Assembly (NCBI GenBank): GCA_028700115.1
Contig: JAQVTI010000002.1
Coordinates: 49,821 to 81,820 of the forward strand
Reading direction: 5' to 3'
Length of the DNA stretch: 32,000 nucleotides
From: Candidatus Iainarchaeum sp.
GTDB lineage: Archaea > Iainarchaeota > Iainarchaeia > Iainarchaeales > CSSED10-239
Shown here: positions 17,267 to 27,001 of the stretch, one piece after another
Layout: each line of letters opens with the position of its first letter
How positions within the stretch are numbered: position 1 is the first letter of the stretch
The notes under the pieces: model-generated
Database searches by the model: none
Seen by the model: only the letters and a program-made list of their open reading frames with translations
What the model was told of the DNA's origin: nothing
Translations under genes and position numbers: made by a program

Positions 17267-18676
17267 ATGGTAGATATAAATTCTAAAAATAAAATATTTT
17301 TTTGGATATTTGGTATTATTTTTTCATTAATTATTTTTATATCTATTAATATTTTTCCAAAATTAAATTATATTAAAAATAATATTGTTTTAACTCTTTT
17401 TATTATTTTAATAATTTTAATATTATTTTTTATAATAGGTTTATTTTCTTCAAAATTACCAACTTTTTTTTATAGTTTTTTGTTTAAAAAATCAACTGAT
17501 TTTGAAAATATAAAAGATGAAGTTAAAAAAATAGAAACCGAAAAAGATCTAAATGATCTTGTAAATAGATTAAAAGTTGTAATTAAAACTATAAGTTCTA
17601 ATAAATATTCTAAAAAGGCAGTAGATTCATTAATATCTGTAATTGGTCTTGATACTTATCAAGCTGAAAAAGTGTATCGAAATATATTTTTATTAAAAAG
17701 ATTAAAATTTTTATGTATTTTAATTGGATTTATTTTTTCTGTAGTGTTATATATTTTATTAAATAATCTGGATTTTTTTAATTTTATAAATCACAATTTT
17801 ATTTTAATATTTGGGATTTGTTTTGTTGTTTTTATTCTTTTCTTTTTAGAAGGTATTTTAATTACAAGACTTCCAGATTCTTTTTATCTTAGTTTAATTA
17901 ATATTAATAAGGATATATTAATTAATAATAGAAATAATATTAATTATAAAAATATTATTTTAAAAAAATTTGAAGATAAACAAAAACAAAATATTTTAGA
18001 AATTAAACATACTATTAAATATCTTTTAAAGCAAGGAATACATATTGATTGGATTAAAAAAATTTTAAAAAATTATGGGCTTCAAGATAAGATTATAGAT
18101 GTTTTTATAGATGAAGCAAAAAATGAAATTTTATCAGAAAATAATAACTTTATTAAAAAAGATATAAATATTTCAGATAAAATTAAATTTGCAACTTTGA
18201 AATTATCTCTTGCAAAAGTTCATGAAAATTTTGTAAATCTTAAAGATATTTATTCCAAAATTTCAGTTATTCAGAAAGATTTAGATTTAATTTCAAAAAA
18301 ACAAGAATCTTTAGAGAAAATTACTTCTTCAAATATTTCAAAAGATTTTAATGATTTTATTAAAAAAACAAATGAAATTAAAAAAGATGATTTAAAGAAT
18401 AGAATTCCTAAAATGAATATTAATTTTAAGGATAAATCCAAATATAAAGATTATGTAACTTTTTTATATAATCTAATACTCCCGCATGTTTCTAAATATT
18501 CTGAAAAAGAACTTATTTCTATTTTCTTATATGAAGGATATGACTATGAATTAATTGATGATGTTATTTTTAAATTTAAAAAAAATAAAATTGTTTTTGG
18601 GAAAGATAAATTATCTAAAAGTCCTAAGATTATAGATTTTTTAAATAATTTTTATGAAAAAGTTAAAAAAAAATAG
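17267..18676 (+). CDS. Uncharacterised membrane/coiled-coil protein with repeated small helical modules
   Basis: Two pairs of TM helices plus Lys-rich coiled coil; repeated modules 'LKQGIHIDWIKKILKNYGLQDKIIDVFIDEA' and 'FLYEGYDYELIDDVIFKFKKNKI'. Confidence 0.65.
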   Translation: MVDINSKNKIFFWIFGIIFSLIIFISINIFPKLNYIKNNIVLTLFIILIILILFFIIGLFSSKLPTFFYSFLFKKSTDFENIKDEVKKIETEKDLNDLVNRLKVVIKTISSNKYSKKAVDSLISVIGLDTYQAEKVYRNIFLLKRLKFLCILIGFIFSVVLYILLNNLDFFNFINHNFILIFGICFVVFILFFLEGILITRLPDSFYLSLININKDILINNRNNINYKNIILKKFEDKQKQNILEIKHTIKYLLKQGIHIDWIKKILKNYGLQDKIIDVFIDEAKNEILSENNNFIKKDINISDKIKFATLKLSLAKVHENFVNLKDIYSKISVIQKDLDLISKKQESLEKITSSNISKDFNDFIKKTNEIKKDDLKNRIPKMNINFKDKSKYKDYVTFLYNLILPHVSKYSEKELISIFLYEGYDYELIDDVIFKFKKNKIVFGKDKLSKSPKIIDFLNNFYEKVKKK

Positions 18677-18890
18677 TTTTTTTAAAGTAAATTTTTTTTT
18701 TAATTAATTTAATTTGTGATTTTTTTTTAAAAAAAAGACACATACATTATTAAATATATTTTATTATATATTATTATTAAATTTAAATTAATTTTAGTTT
18801 AAAATAATAATGTGAAATTTTTATATAATAATTTTAAAAATATTTTAATAAAATAATATAAATTTAGAAAGTTTATAATTTTGATAATAT

Positions 18891-20228
18891 ATGGTTGAAA
18901 CAAATATGATATTTCTTTTTATATCAGGAATATTTTTACTTGGTTTTTTTGGAACAATTATTTTTAGAAGAACAAAAGTTTCAGATATTTTTTTTTTATT
19001 AATAATTGGTTTTTTATTAGGTTCTGGTTTAAAAATAATACCAAGTGCAGAAATGACTATTTTAAGAAGTTTTTCTGATTTTTTTGGTGCTCTTGCATTA
19101 ACTATTTTAATGTTTGAAGGTGGGCTTCATTTAAATTTTTATAAAGTAATTAAAGAATTTGGGAAATCAGCTGGATTTACTATTTTAGTATTTTTTTTAA
19201 GTGTTTCTTTAACTGCTATTTTTTTACATTTTATTTTTTTAATGCCATGGGTCTATGGATTTTTAATAGGTTCTATTTTAGGGGGGGTTTCTTCTGCAGT
19301 TGTTATTCCTTTAGTAAAAGAATCTAAAGCAAAGGATAAAATTAAAATATTATTAACTTTAGAATCTGCAATTACAGATGCTTTGTGTGTAATTATAGTT
19401 ATTGCTTTAGTTCAAATTATTTTATCAAAAACAGCAAGTATTCAAGCAGTAACTTCAAGTATTTTTGCAGCTTTTGCAATTGCAACTGTTATTGGAGCTT
19501 TTGCTGGAATTATTTGGCTTAGAGTTTTAAGGGATTTTAAAGTTGCAAGAGAGTATGGTTATCTTTTAACTTTATCATTTTTATTTTTAGTATATGTAGT
19601 AATACAATTTGCAAATGGAAATGGTTCTTTTGGGGCATTAATTTTTGGTTTAGTTTTAGGAAATGGTTCTGAGATTTTAAAAATTTTTAAAATGAAAGAA
19701 TTTTCAATAGGTTCAAGTATAACTATGTTTCAAGCTGAAATTTCTTTATTTATTAAAACTTTTTTCTTTGTATATCTTGGGATAATTGTAGAATTTGTAG
19801 GTATTAATCTTAAAATTATTTTAATAGTTATTGGCCTTTTTATTATTGCACTTTTAGCAAGATTATTAGCAGTAAATATTGTATTTTCAAAAAAGAAAAA
19901 TCCTTCGGAAGATAGAGAATATGTTGCTTCTCTTCATGCAAGAGGATTAGCAGCTGCTGTTTTAGCAACTTATCCTTTAATTATGGGTATAAATAATGAA
20001 TTTACTCAAATAATTCTTCCAATTTCTTTTATGATTATTATATTAACTAATCTTTCTACAACTATTTTATTTTTTATAACTGAGCGAAAAGTAAATAAAA
20101 ATATAAAAATTAAAGATGATAATTCAAATTTTAAATATGAAAATAAAATAAACCCAGATATTGAAAAACAAGATTCTTTATCAATTCTTAAAAAAGAATT
20201 AATTAAGAATAAAAATGATAAAGAATAA
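18891..20228 (+). CDS. Sodium/proton (CPA-type, NhaP-like) antiporter
   Basis: About 12 TM helices; 'LTILMFEGGLHLNF', 'GSILGGVSSAVVIPLV', 'LTLESAITDALCVIIVIAL', 'VASLHARGLAAAVLATYPL'. Confidence 0.9.
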   Translation: MVETNMIFLFISGIFLLGFFGTIIFRRTKVSDIFFLLIIGFLLGSGLKIIPSAEMTILRSFSDFFGALALTILMFEGGLHLNFYKVIKEFGKSAGFTILVFFLSVSLTAIFLHFIFLMPWVYGFLIGSILGGVSSAVVIPLVKESKAKDKIKILLTLESAITDALCVIIVIALVQIILSKTASIQAVTSSIFAAFAIATVIGAFAGIIWLRVLRDFKVAREYGYLLTLSFLFLVYVVIQFANGNGSFGALIFGLVLGNGSEILKIFKMKEFSIGSSITMFQAEISLFIKTFFFVYLGIIVEFVGINLKIILIVIGLFIIALLARLLAVNIVFSKKKNPSEDREYVASLHARGLAAAVLATYPLIMGINNEFTQIILPISFMIIILTNLSTTILFFITERKVNKNIKIKDDNSNFKYENKINPDIEKQDSLSILKKELIKNKNDKE

Positions 20229-20457
20229 TAGTTTTTTTTATTTTTATTTTTTTCATAAATATTTATAAACTCTTTTATAGTTATTATATATAATATGTTT
20301 AAAAATATTTTTAAAAATTTAAATTTATTTAATAAAAATTATTTCTTTGTAATCATAGTTCTAGTTTCTATAATTTTTATAATTATATAGATATTTGCTT
20401 TTCTTTAAAAATGTCTAATTTCAAAGAAAAGCTTTTAAAAAAGGAGATGACTTATAA

Positions 20458-23313
20458 ATGTTTTCAAATCAAGATGAAAAAAATATTAAACAATTTTGGA
20501 AAGAAAATAATATTCCTAAAAAAGTTAGAGAAAAAAAATCTGATAAAAAATATTATTTTATAGATGGTCCCCCATATGCTTCTGGAAGGATACATACAGG
20601 AACAGCAATGAATAGAATTTTAAAAGATATAATTATAAGATATAAAAGACAAAAAGGATTTGAAGTTTTAGATATTCCAGGATTTGATTGTCATGGAGTT
20701 CCAATTGAAATGAAAGTTCAAAAAAAATATTCTCTTAAATCAAAAGAAGATATAATTGATTTTGGTGTAGAAAATTTCATAAAAGAATGCTATGCATTTT
20801 CAACAGAACATATAAAAGATATGTCTCAAGATATAGAATATCTTGGGCAATGGATGGATTGGGAAAACCCTTATAGAACTTTAGATAAAAAATATATACA
20901 AGGTGCATGGTGGACTTTTAAAAAAGCAGTTGATAAAGGGTTATTATATCATGGTAAATATCCTGTTCATGTATGTTCTCATTGTGAGACTTCTGTTTCT
21001 TTTAATGAAATAGAATATCAAGATTTAAAAGATATTTCTATTTATGTAAAGATGCAATCTGAAGAAGATCCTAATAAATATTATGTGATTTGGACAACAA
21101 CTCCTTGGACTCTTCCAGCAAATTTAGCAATTATGGTTAATCCAAAATATGAATATATAGAAATTATAAATGGTTTAGAAAAATTAGTTGTTGCAAAAAA
21201 TCTTTCTGAAAAATTAGTTTCTGAATTTGGTTTAGAAAATATAAGTTTTGGGAAAACTTTTCTAGGTAAAGATTTACTTGGGAAAAAATATAAGCCTATT
21301 TTAGGAGAATGGATAAAGTTAGAGGAAAATCTTAAAGAAAATGCTTATAAAATAATTTCTTCTGAAAGATTTGTTCATCTTGAAGGTGGAACTGGGCTTG
21401 TTCATTGTGCTCCTGGACATGGTAGAGAAGATTTTCAAGTAGGGCAGGATAATAATATTTATCCATATTGTCCTGTTACAATTTCTGGGGAATATGATGA
21501 AACTATAATTAATGATTCTTTAAAAAATAAAAAAGTTAAAGAATTAGATCCTTATATTATTGAATATTTAGAAAATAAAAATTATATTTTAGCAAAAGCA
21601 AAAGTTAAACATAGTTATCCTACTTGTTGGAGATGTCATAGTCCATTAATACAAGTTGCTTTACCACAATGGTTTTTAAAAACTTCTGAAATGAGAGAAG
21701 AACTTTTAGAAAAAAGTAAAGAAATTTCTTGGTTTCCTACTTGGGGGAAAGATAGATTTAAAGATTGGTTAAATGGGCTTTCTGATTGGCCAATTTCAAG
21801 AGCTAGATTTTGGGGTATCCCTCTTCCTATTTGGAAATGTGATAAATGTGGGAAAATACATGTATTTGGGTCTTTAGAAGAGCTTTCTAAAAAAGCAACT
21901 AAACAAATAGATTTAGATATGGATGTTCATAAACCTTATATTGATCAAGTAGAAATTATTTGTGATTGTGGGGAAATTGTAAAAAGAATTCCAGAAATTA
22001 GTGATGTTTGGTTTGATTCTGGAGTTGCATCTTGGGCATCTTTAAACTATCCATCAGAAACAAAAAGATTTGATGAATTTTGGCCACCTGATGTTAATAT
22101 TGAAGGATCTGATCAAATTAGAGGCTGGTGGAATTCACAATTAATAACTTCTGTAATTTCATTTGGTAAAGTTCCTTTTAAACATATATCTATGCATGGT
22201 ATGGTTTTAGATGGTTCTAAAAGAAAACTTTCTAAATCTGAAGGAAATGATATTCCATTAATTGAAAGATTTGAAAAATTATCTATTGATTATTATAGAT
22301 ATTATTTTGCAAAAGCTTTTGATGGAGAAGACATTGTTTTAGATGAAAATAAATTTAAGGATATTAGAAGAATATTTAATCTTTTAGAAAATGTTTTTAA
22401 TTTTTTAGAAATTTTTTATAATAATTCTTTTAAATTTACAGAATCTCTTTTAAAAGAAGATATATGTTCTTTAACAATTGAAGATAAATGGATTCTTTCT
22501 AGATTTAATAATGTGTTTAAAGATTTTGATACTAATTTTGAAATAACTTATTTTTCTAAATCAGTTTGTGATTTAGAAAAATTTGTTTTGGAAGATTTTA
22601 GTAGAATTTATATAAAACTTTTAAGAAAGAGAGAAAATAAAAATAATGTTTTAATTTATATTTATTCTCAAATATTAAAATTATTTTCTCCAATAATCCC
22701 ACATTTTACAGAATTTATGTTTCAAAAGTTTAAAGAAAACAAAGAAGTTTCAATTCATCTTTTAAAAATAGACAATGTAGATCAGTCATTAATTTCTAGT
22801 GATATTGAAAAAAATTTTTCATTAGCACAAGAAGTAATTGTAACTATTTTAGCATTAAGAGAAGATGAAAAAAAGAGATTAAGATGGATTTTACCAAGGG
22901 TTTTTATTTGTGGTAATAATGCAACATTTTTGGATAATTATTTAGATATTATTAAAGATATGGCAAATATAGAAGAAATTTTAACTGTAAATAAAACTCC
23001 TATTGGAAATTTTTCTCAAAAAAAAATAAATAATGATCTTGTAGTTTATTTAGATAAAGATATTTCTAAAGATTATGAAAATATTTGGGAACTTTCAGAA
23101 CTTGTTAGGCTTATTCAATCTGAAAGAAAAAATAAAAAATTTAATCCAAATGATTGTGTTTCTTTAAAAATTTTTTGTAGTGATATATCTTTTTTAGAAA
23201 TAAATAAAGAAAAAATTGAAAATCTTACAAATTCAAAAATTGAAATTTTAAAAAATTTATTTGAAGAAAACAAGCAATGTTTAATAAAAAGAGAATTTTC
23301 TTTCTCTTTTTAA
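20458..23313 (+). CDS. ileS: Isoleucyl-tRNA synthetase
   Basis: Class I motifs 'PPYASGRIHTGTAMNRILKD' and 'KLSKSEGND'; 'TTTPWTLPANLAI', 'DVWFDSGVASWA'; SD AAAAGGAGATGA upstream. Confidence 0.97.
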   Translation: MFSNQDEKNIKQFWKENNIPKKVREKKSDKKYYFIDGPPYASGRIHTGTAMNRILKDIIIRYKRQKGFEVLDIPGFDCHGVPIEMKVQKKYSLKSKEDIIDFGVENFIKECYAFSTEHIKDMSQDIEYLGQWMDWENPYRTLDKKYIQGAWWTFKKAVDKGLLYHGKYPVHVCSHCETSVSFNEIEYQDLKDISIYVKMQSEEDPNKYYVIWTTTPWTLPANLAIMVNPKYEYIEIINGLEKLVVAKNLSEKLVSEFGLENISFGKTFLGKDLLGKKYKPILGEWIKLEENLKENAYKIISSERFVHLEGGTGLVHCAPGHGREDFQVGQDNNIYPYCPVTISGEYDETIINDSLKNKKVKELDPYIIEYLENKNYILAKAKVKHSYPTCWRCHSPLIQVALPQWFLKTSEMREELLEKSKEISWFPTWGKDRFKDWLNGLSDWPISRARFWGIPLPIWKCDKCGKIHVFGSLEELSKKATKQIDLDMDVHKPYIDQVEIICDCGEIVKRIPEISDVWFDSGVASWASLNYPSETKRFDEFWPPDVNIEGSDQIRGWWNSQLITSVISFGKVPFKHISMHGMVLDGSKRKLSKSEGNDIPLIERFEKLSIDYYRYYFAKAFDGEDIVLDENKFKDIRRIFNLLENVFNFLEIFYNNSFKFTESLLKEDICSLTIEDKWILSRFNNVFKDFDTNFEITYFSKSVCDLEKFVLEDFSRIYIKLLRKRENKNNVLIYIYSQILKLFSPIIPHFTEFMFQKFKENKEVSIHLLKIDNVDQSLISSDIEKNFSLAQEVIVTILALREDEKKRLRWILPRVFICGNNATFLDNYLDIIKDMANIEEILTVNKTPIGNFSQKKINNDLVVYLDKDISKDYENIWELSELVRLIQSERKNKKFNPNDCVSLKIFCSDISFLEINKEKIENLTNSKIEILKNLFEENKQCLIKREFSFSF

Positions 23314-23415
23314 TTTTTTAATTTAGTTTAAGTAATGTTTATATATTATTTTAATATAAATATATATAATTAATTATTTTATAAATAAATAAAATATTTT
23401 TAAACAAAGAAAAAT

Positions 23416-23682
23416 ATGCCAAATATATCTAAAAGAACATATGTTCCTGGACTTACTAAATGTAGAAAATTTATTACTACAGAATATATTAATGCAAAAA
23501 AATTAGATTCAAAAAAATTAACAAATCTTTTAAATTCTAATATTGCAGTAAATCTTAAAGTTGATGTTTTAGAAGGTTTTTCAAATCATAATAATGTGTC
23601 TATTATAAAACTTTTAAATAATTTAGAAATAAATAAAAATTGTAAAAAAAATATTATTAATTTTCTAAAAAAAGAAATTTAA
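23416..23682 (+). CDS. Small hypothetical protein (88 aa)
   Basis: Intact ATG ORF MPNISKRTYVPGLTKCRKFITTEYINAKKLDSKK... with TATA-like sequences upstream; no recognised family. Confidence 0.5.
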   Translation: MPNISKRTYVPGLTKCRKFITTEYINAKKLDSKKLTNLLNSNIAVNLKVDVLEGFSNHNNVSIIKLLNNLEINKNCKKNIINFLKKEI

Positions 23683-23837
23683 TTATTTTGAAGGTAATTT
23701 TGATTTTATAATTATTTTTAAAAATTTATATAAATAGCTTCCTTTTTATATATTTATATTTATTATTTATATATATTTAAAAAAATTAAACTAAAGAATT
23801 AAATAAAAGTTTATAACTAATAATTGGAAAGATTTTT

Positions 23838-25145
23838 ATGGAACAATTAGAATTTATGGATATTAAAGATATTTTAATTAAGAAACCAGCACAAATTAAT
23901 TTAAGAGGTTGGGTTTATAGAAAAAGAGATCAAAAAGATATTATTTTTATAAGTATAAGAGACCATTCTGGGGTAATACAATTAGTTGTAGATAATTCTA
24001 AAGTATCTAAAGAAATTTTTGAAAATGCAAAAAAATTAACAATTGAATCTTCTTTTAAAATTAAAGGCGTCTTAAGAAAAGAACAAAGAGCTCCAGAAGG
24101 ATATGAAATAGATATTATAGATTTAGAAATAATTAATATTGCAGAAAATTATCCTATTTCAAAAGATTTTTCTGAAGAATTTTTATTAGATGTAAGACAT
24201 TTATGGCTTAGATCTAGAAAAATGAATGCAATTTTAAAAATAAGATCATGTGTTTTTAAAGCTGTTAGAGATTTTTTTATAGAAAATAAATTTTATGAAT
24301 ATCATTCTCCAATTTTACAATCTGTAAACTGTGAAGGAGGATCTACTCTTTTTGAAGTTCCATATTTTGAAAAAAAAGGAGTTTTTTTATCACAAACTTG
24401 GCAACTTTATGCAGAACCTGCAATATTTTCATTAGGTAAAATCTTTTCAATTGAGCCTGCTTTTAGAGCTGAAAAATCTAAAACAACTAGACATTTAACA
24501 GAACTTTGGATGGCAGAAATGGAAGGGGCTTTTATAAATTTTGAAGAATTACAGAATTATGGTGAAAAATTAATTAAAAGAATTTTAAAAGAAGTTTTAG
24601 ATAAACATAAAGAAGAACTTAAAATTTTAAAAAGAGATATTTCTATTTTAGAAAGTTCTTTAGAAAAACCATTTGTTAGAATGACATATGATGAATCTTT
24701 AAATATTTTAAAAGAAAAATTTGATTTTAATATAGAATGGGGAAAAGATTTAAGAACAATTGAAGAAGATAAATTATCTAAACTTTATGATACTTTTATA
24801 ATAATTACTCATTATCCAAAAAAAGTAAAAGCATTTTATATGAAAGAAGATCCTAAAAACCCAGAAGTAGTTTTAGGATTTGATTGTATAGGTCCTGAAG
24901 GTTATGGGGAAATTATAGGTGCATCTGAAAGGGAATCAGATATTAATAAAATTAAAAAAAATCTTTTAGAACAAGGAGAAGATATATCCCAATATGATTT
25001 TTATTTAGATACTAGAAGATATGGTTCTGTTCCTCATTCTGGATTTGGGATGGGTATGGAAAGAATAATTTCTTTTATAATAGGTGCAGATACTATAAAA
25101 GATGCAATTGCATTTCCTAGAACAATGGTTAGATATAAACCTTAG
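23838..25145 (+). CDS. asnS: Asparaginyl-tRNA synthetase
   Basis: OB-fold N-domain plus class II core: 'VRHLWLRSRK', 'NCEGGSTLFEVPYF', 'FLSQTWQLYAEPAIFSLGKIFSIEPAFRAEKSKTTRHLTELWMAEMEGAF', 'GFGMGMERI'. Confidence 0.93.
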   Translation: MEQLEFMDIKDILIKKPAQINLRGWVYRKRDQKDIIFISIRDHSGVIQLVVDNSKVSKEIFENAKKLTIESSFKIKGVLRKEQRAPEGYEIDIIDLEIINIAENYPISKDFSEEFLLDVRHLWLRSRKMNAILKIRSCVFKAVRDFFIENKFYEYHSPILQSVNCEGGSTLFEVPYFEKKGVFLSQTWQLYAEPAIFSLGKIFSIEPAFRAEKSKTTRHLTELWMAEMEGAFINFEELQNYGEKLIKRILKEVLDKHKEELKILKRDISILESSLEKPFVRMTYDESLNILKEKFDFNIEWGKDLRTIEEDKLSKLYDTFIIITHYPKKVKAFYMKEDPKNPEVVLGFDCIGPEGYGEIIGASERESDINKIKKNLLEQGEDISQYDFYLDTRRYGSVPHSGFGMGMERIISFIIGADTIKDAIAFPRTMVRYKP

Positions 25146-25327
25146 ATTTTATTTAAGGTTTTTTTATATTTTAATTAATATAAATTTATTATATATTGTC
25201 TATTTTTATTTGAATATTTTAATTTATTTTAATTAAATAAAACAAATATAAATATTAATTTATAATAATATATTTTAATGTGGTTTAAAATATTTTTATT
25301 AAATTTTGAAAAAATAAAAAATTTAAT

Positions 25328-26779
25328 CTATTCATAAGCCCAAGTAGTTTCTTCTTTACCATCAAATAAAATTATTCCATTTTCTTTAAGTTTATCTCTT
25401 ATTGTATCTGATTCTTCCCATTTTTTTTTATCTCGTAGTTTTTTTCTAGTTTCTATTAATTTTTTAATTTGTTCTTTTGAAATTTTTAATTTTTTTTCAA
25501 TGCATTCTTTTTCATTTTGTTTATTAAAGCAAAATACTTTAAAAACCATATTTACTTTTTTTAAAAAATCTAAGATTTCTTTAGATTGTTTTATGCTTAT
25601 TTTATTATTTTCTAAAGATTTATTAACTTCTTTAACTAGAAAATGAATTTCTGCCCAAGCACTAGAAGTATTTAAATCATCATCCATTGCTTTTGAAAAA
25701 TTAGAAATTGTTGTATCTATTATTTGTTGTATATTTGGATTTTCTTTTTCAGAATTTATATTTTGTATTCTTTTTATAAACATATTTAATTTTTCTAAAG
25801 TGTTTTTTGCATCTATTATAGATTTATCTGTATAATTTTGAGGTTTTCTATAATGCCCACTAGAAATTAGATATCTTAAACTTTCAGCAGAATTATTTTC
25901 TAAAAAATTTTCAATAGTTATTGAATTTCCTAAAGATTTACCCATTTTTTTTCCATTTACTGTTAAAAGTGCAGAATGTACCCAATAGTTTACAACTTTA
26001 TGTTGGAAATATCCATAATTTTGTGCAATTTCATTTTGATGATGAGGAAAAACATGTTCAACTCCTCCTCCATGAATATCAAAATGATCTCCTAAATATT
26101 TACATCCCATAACAGAACATTCAAGATGCCAACCAGGATATCCAATTCCCCATGGAGAATTCCATTTAAGAATATGATTTTCTTCTGCTTTTATCCAAAG
26201 TGCAAAATCAGCTATATTTTTTTTATTTGGATCATTTGTAAATCTTGTATTTTTTTCAAGTTCTTCTATATTTATTTTTGAAAATTTACCATAGTCTTTA
26301 AATTTTGAAATATCATAATATATATTTCCATTTATATTATATGCATATCCATTTTCAAGCATTTTTTTAATCCAATCTTGCATTTCTATAATATGCCCTG
26401 AAGCAAATGGTTCTATATTTGGTCTTGTTAATTTTAAAAGATCAAAATATTTCCACATTTTATGAGTGTAAGTATAAACTAATTCCATAGGATGTTTTTT
26501 TCTCTCTCTTGCTCTTTTTTCAACCTTGTCTTCTCCAGCGTCTTGGTCATCTGTTAAATGTCCTACATCTGTAATGTTTCTTACATATAAAATATCATAA
26601 TTATGAAAATATTTAAAATAATTTAATAAAATATCATAATAAATATAACTACAAGCATGACCTATGTGTACATCATCATAAACTGTAACTCCACATACAT
26701 ACATTTTAAGTTGTTTTTCATTTATTGGTTTGAATATTTCTTTTTTTCTTGTTAAAGTATTATATATTTTTATTGTCAT
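25328..26779 (-). CDS. cysS: Cysteinyl-tRNA synthetase
   Basis: 'MYVCGVTVYDDVHIGHACSYIYYDILLNY', 'NPWGIGYPGWHLECSVM', 'FDIHGGGVEHVFPHHQNEIAQ', 'GKKMGKSLGN'. Confidence 0.97.
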   Translation of the reverse strand: MTIKIYNTLTRKKEIFKPINEKQLKMYVCGVTVYDDVHIGHACSYIYYDILLNYFKYFHNYDILYVRNITDVGHLTDDQDAGEDKVEKRARERKKHPMELVYTYTHKMWKYFDLLKLTRPNIEPFASGHIIEMQDWIKKMLENGYAYNINGNIYYDISKFKDYGKFSKINIEELEKNTRFTNDPNKKNIADFALWIKAEENHILKWNSPWGIGYPGWHLECSVMGCKYLGDHFDIHGGGVEHVFPHHQNEIAQNYGYFQHKVVNYWVHSALLTVNGKKMGKSLGNSITIENFLENNSAESLRYLISSGHYRKPQNYTDKSIIDAKNTLEKLNMFIKRIQNINSEKENPNIQQIIDTTISNFSKAMDDDLNTSSAWAEIHFLVKEVNKSLENNKISIKQSKEILDFLKKVNMVFKVFCFNKQNEKECIEKKLKISKEQIKKLIETRKKLRDKKKWEESDTIRDKLKENGIILFDGKEETTWAYE

Positions 26780-26869
26780 TTAATCCACCTTCTCTTAAAA
26801 TGTATATTTTGAAGTTATTTATTTATATATTTATTCAAAATATTATATATATTATAAAGATAATTTATT

Positions 26870-26900
26870 TAAAGCCTTTTTTTATTCAAAAAAAGGTTTA
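26870..26900. promoter_or_regulatory. Imperfect inverted repeat in the divergent cysS / surface-protein intergenic region
   Basis: TAAAGCCTTTTTTT-ATTC-AAAAAAAGGTTTA, single bulge; flanked by TATA-like AT tracts. Confidence 0.4.
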
Positions 26901-27001
26901 TTAAGTTAACCATATACTATATAAATAATTTGTTGATTATATTATATATAATTAATTTTATATAATTTATATTTATTTAACTTAAATAGGAGAAATTAGA
27001 G

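Noticed and set aside
25921-26112. Plus-strand ORF inside cysS
   Set aside because: Antisense shadow of conserved cysS sequence.
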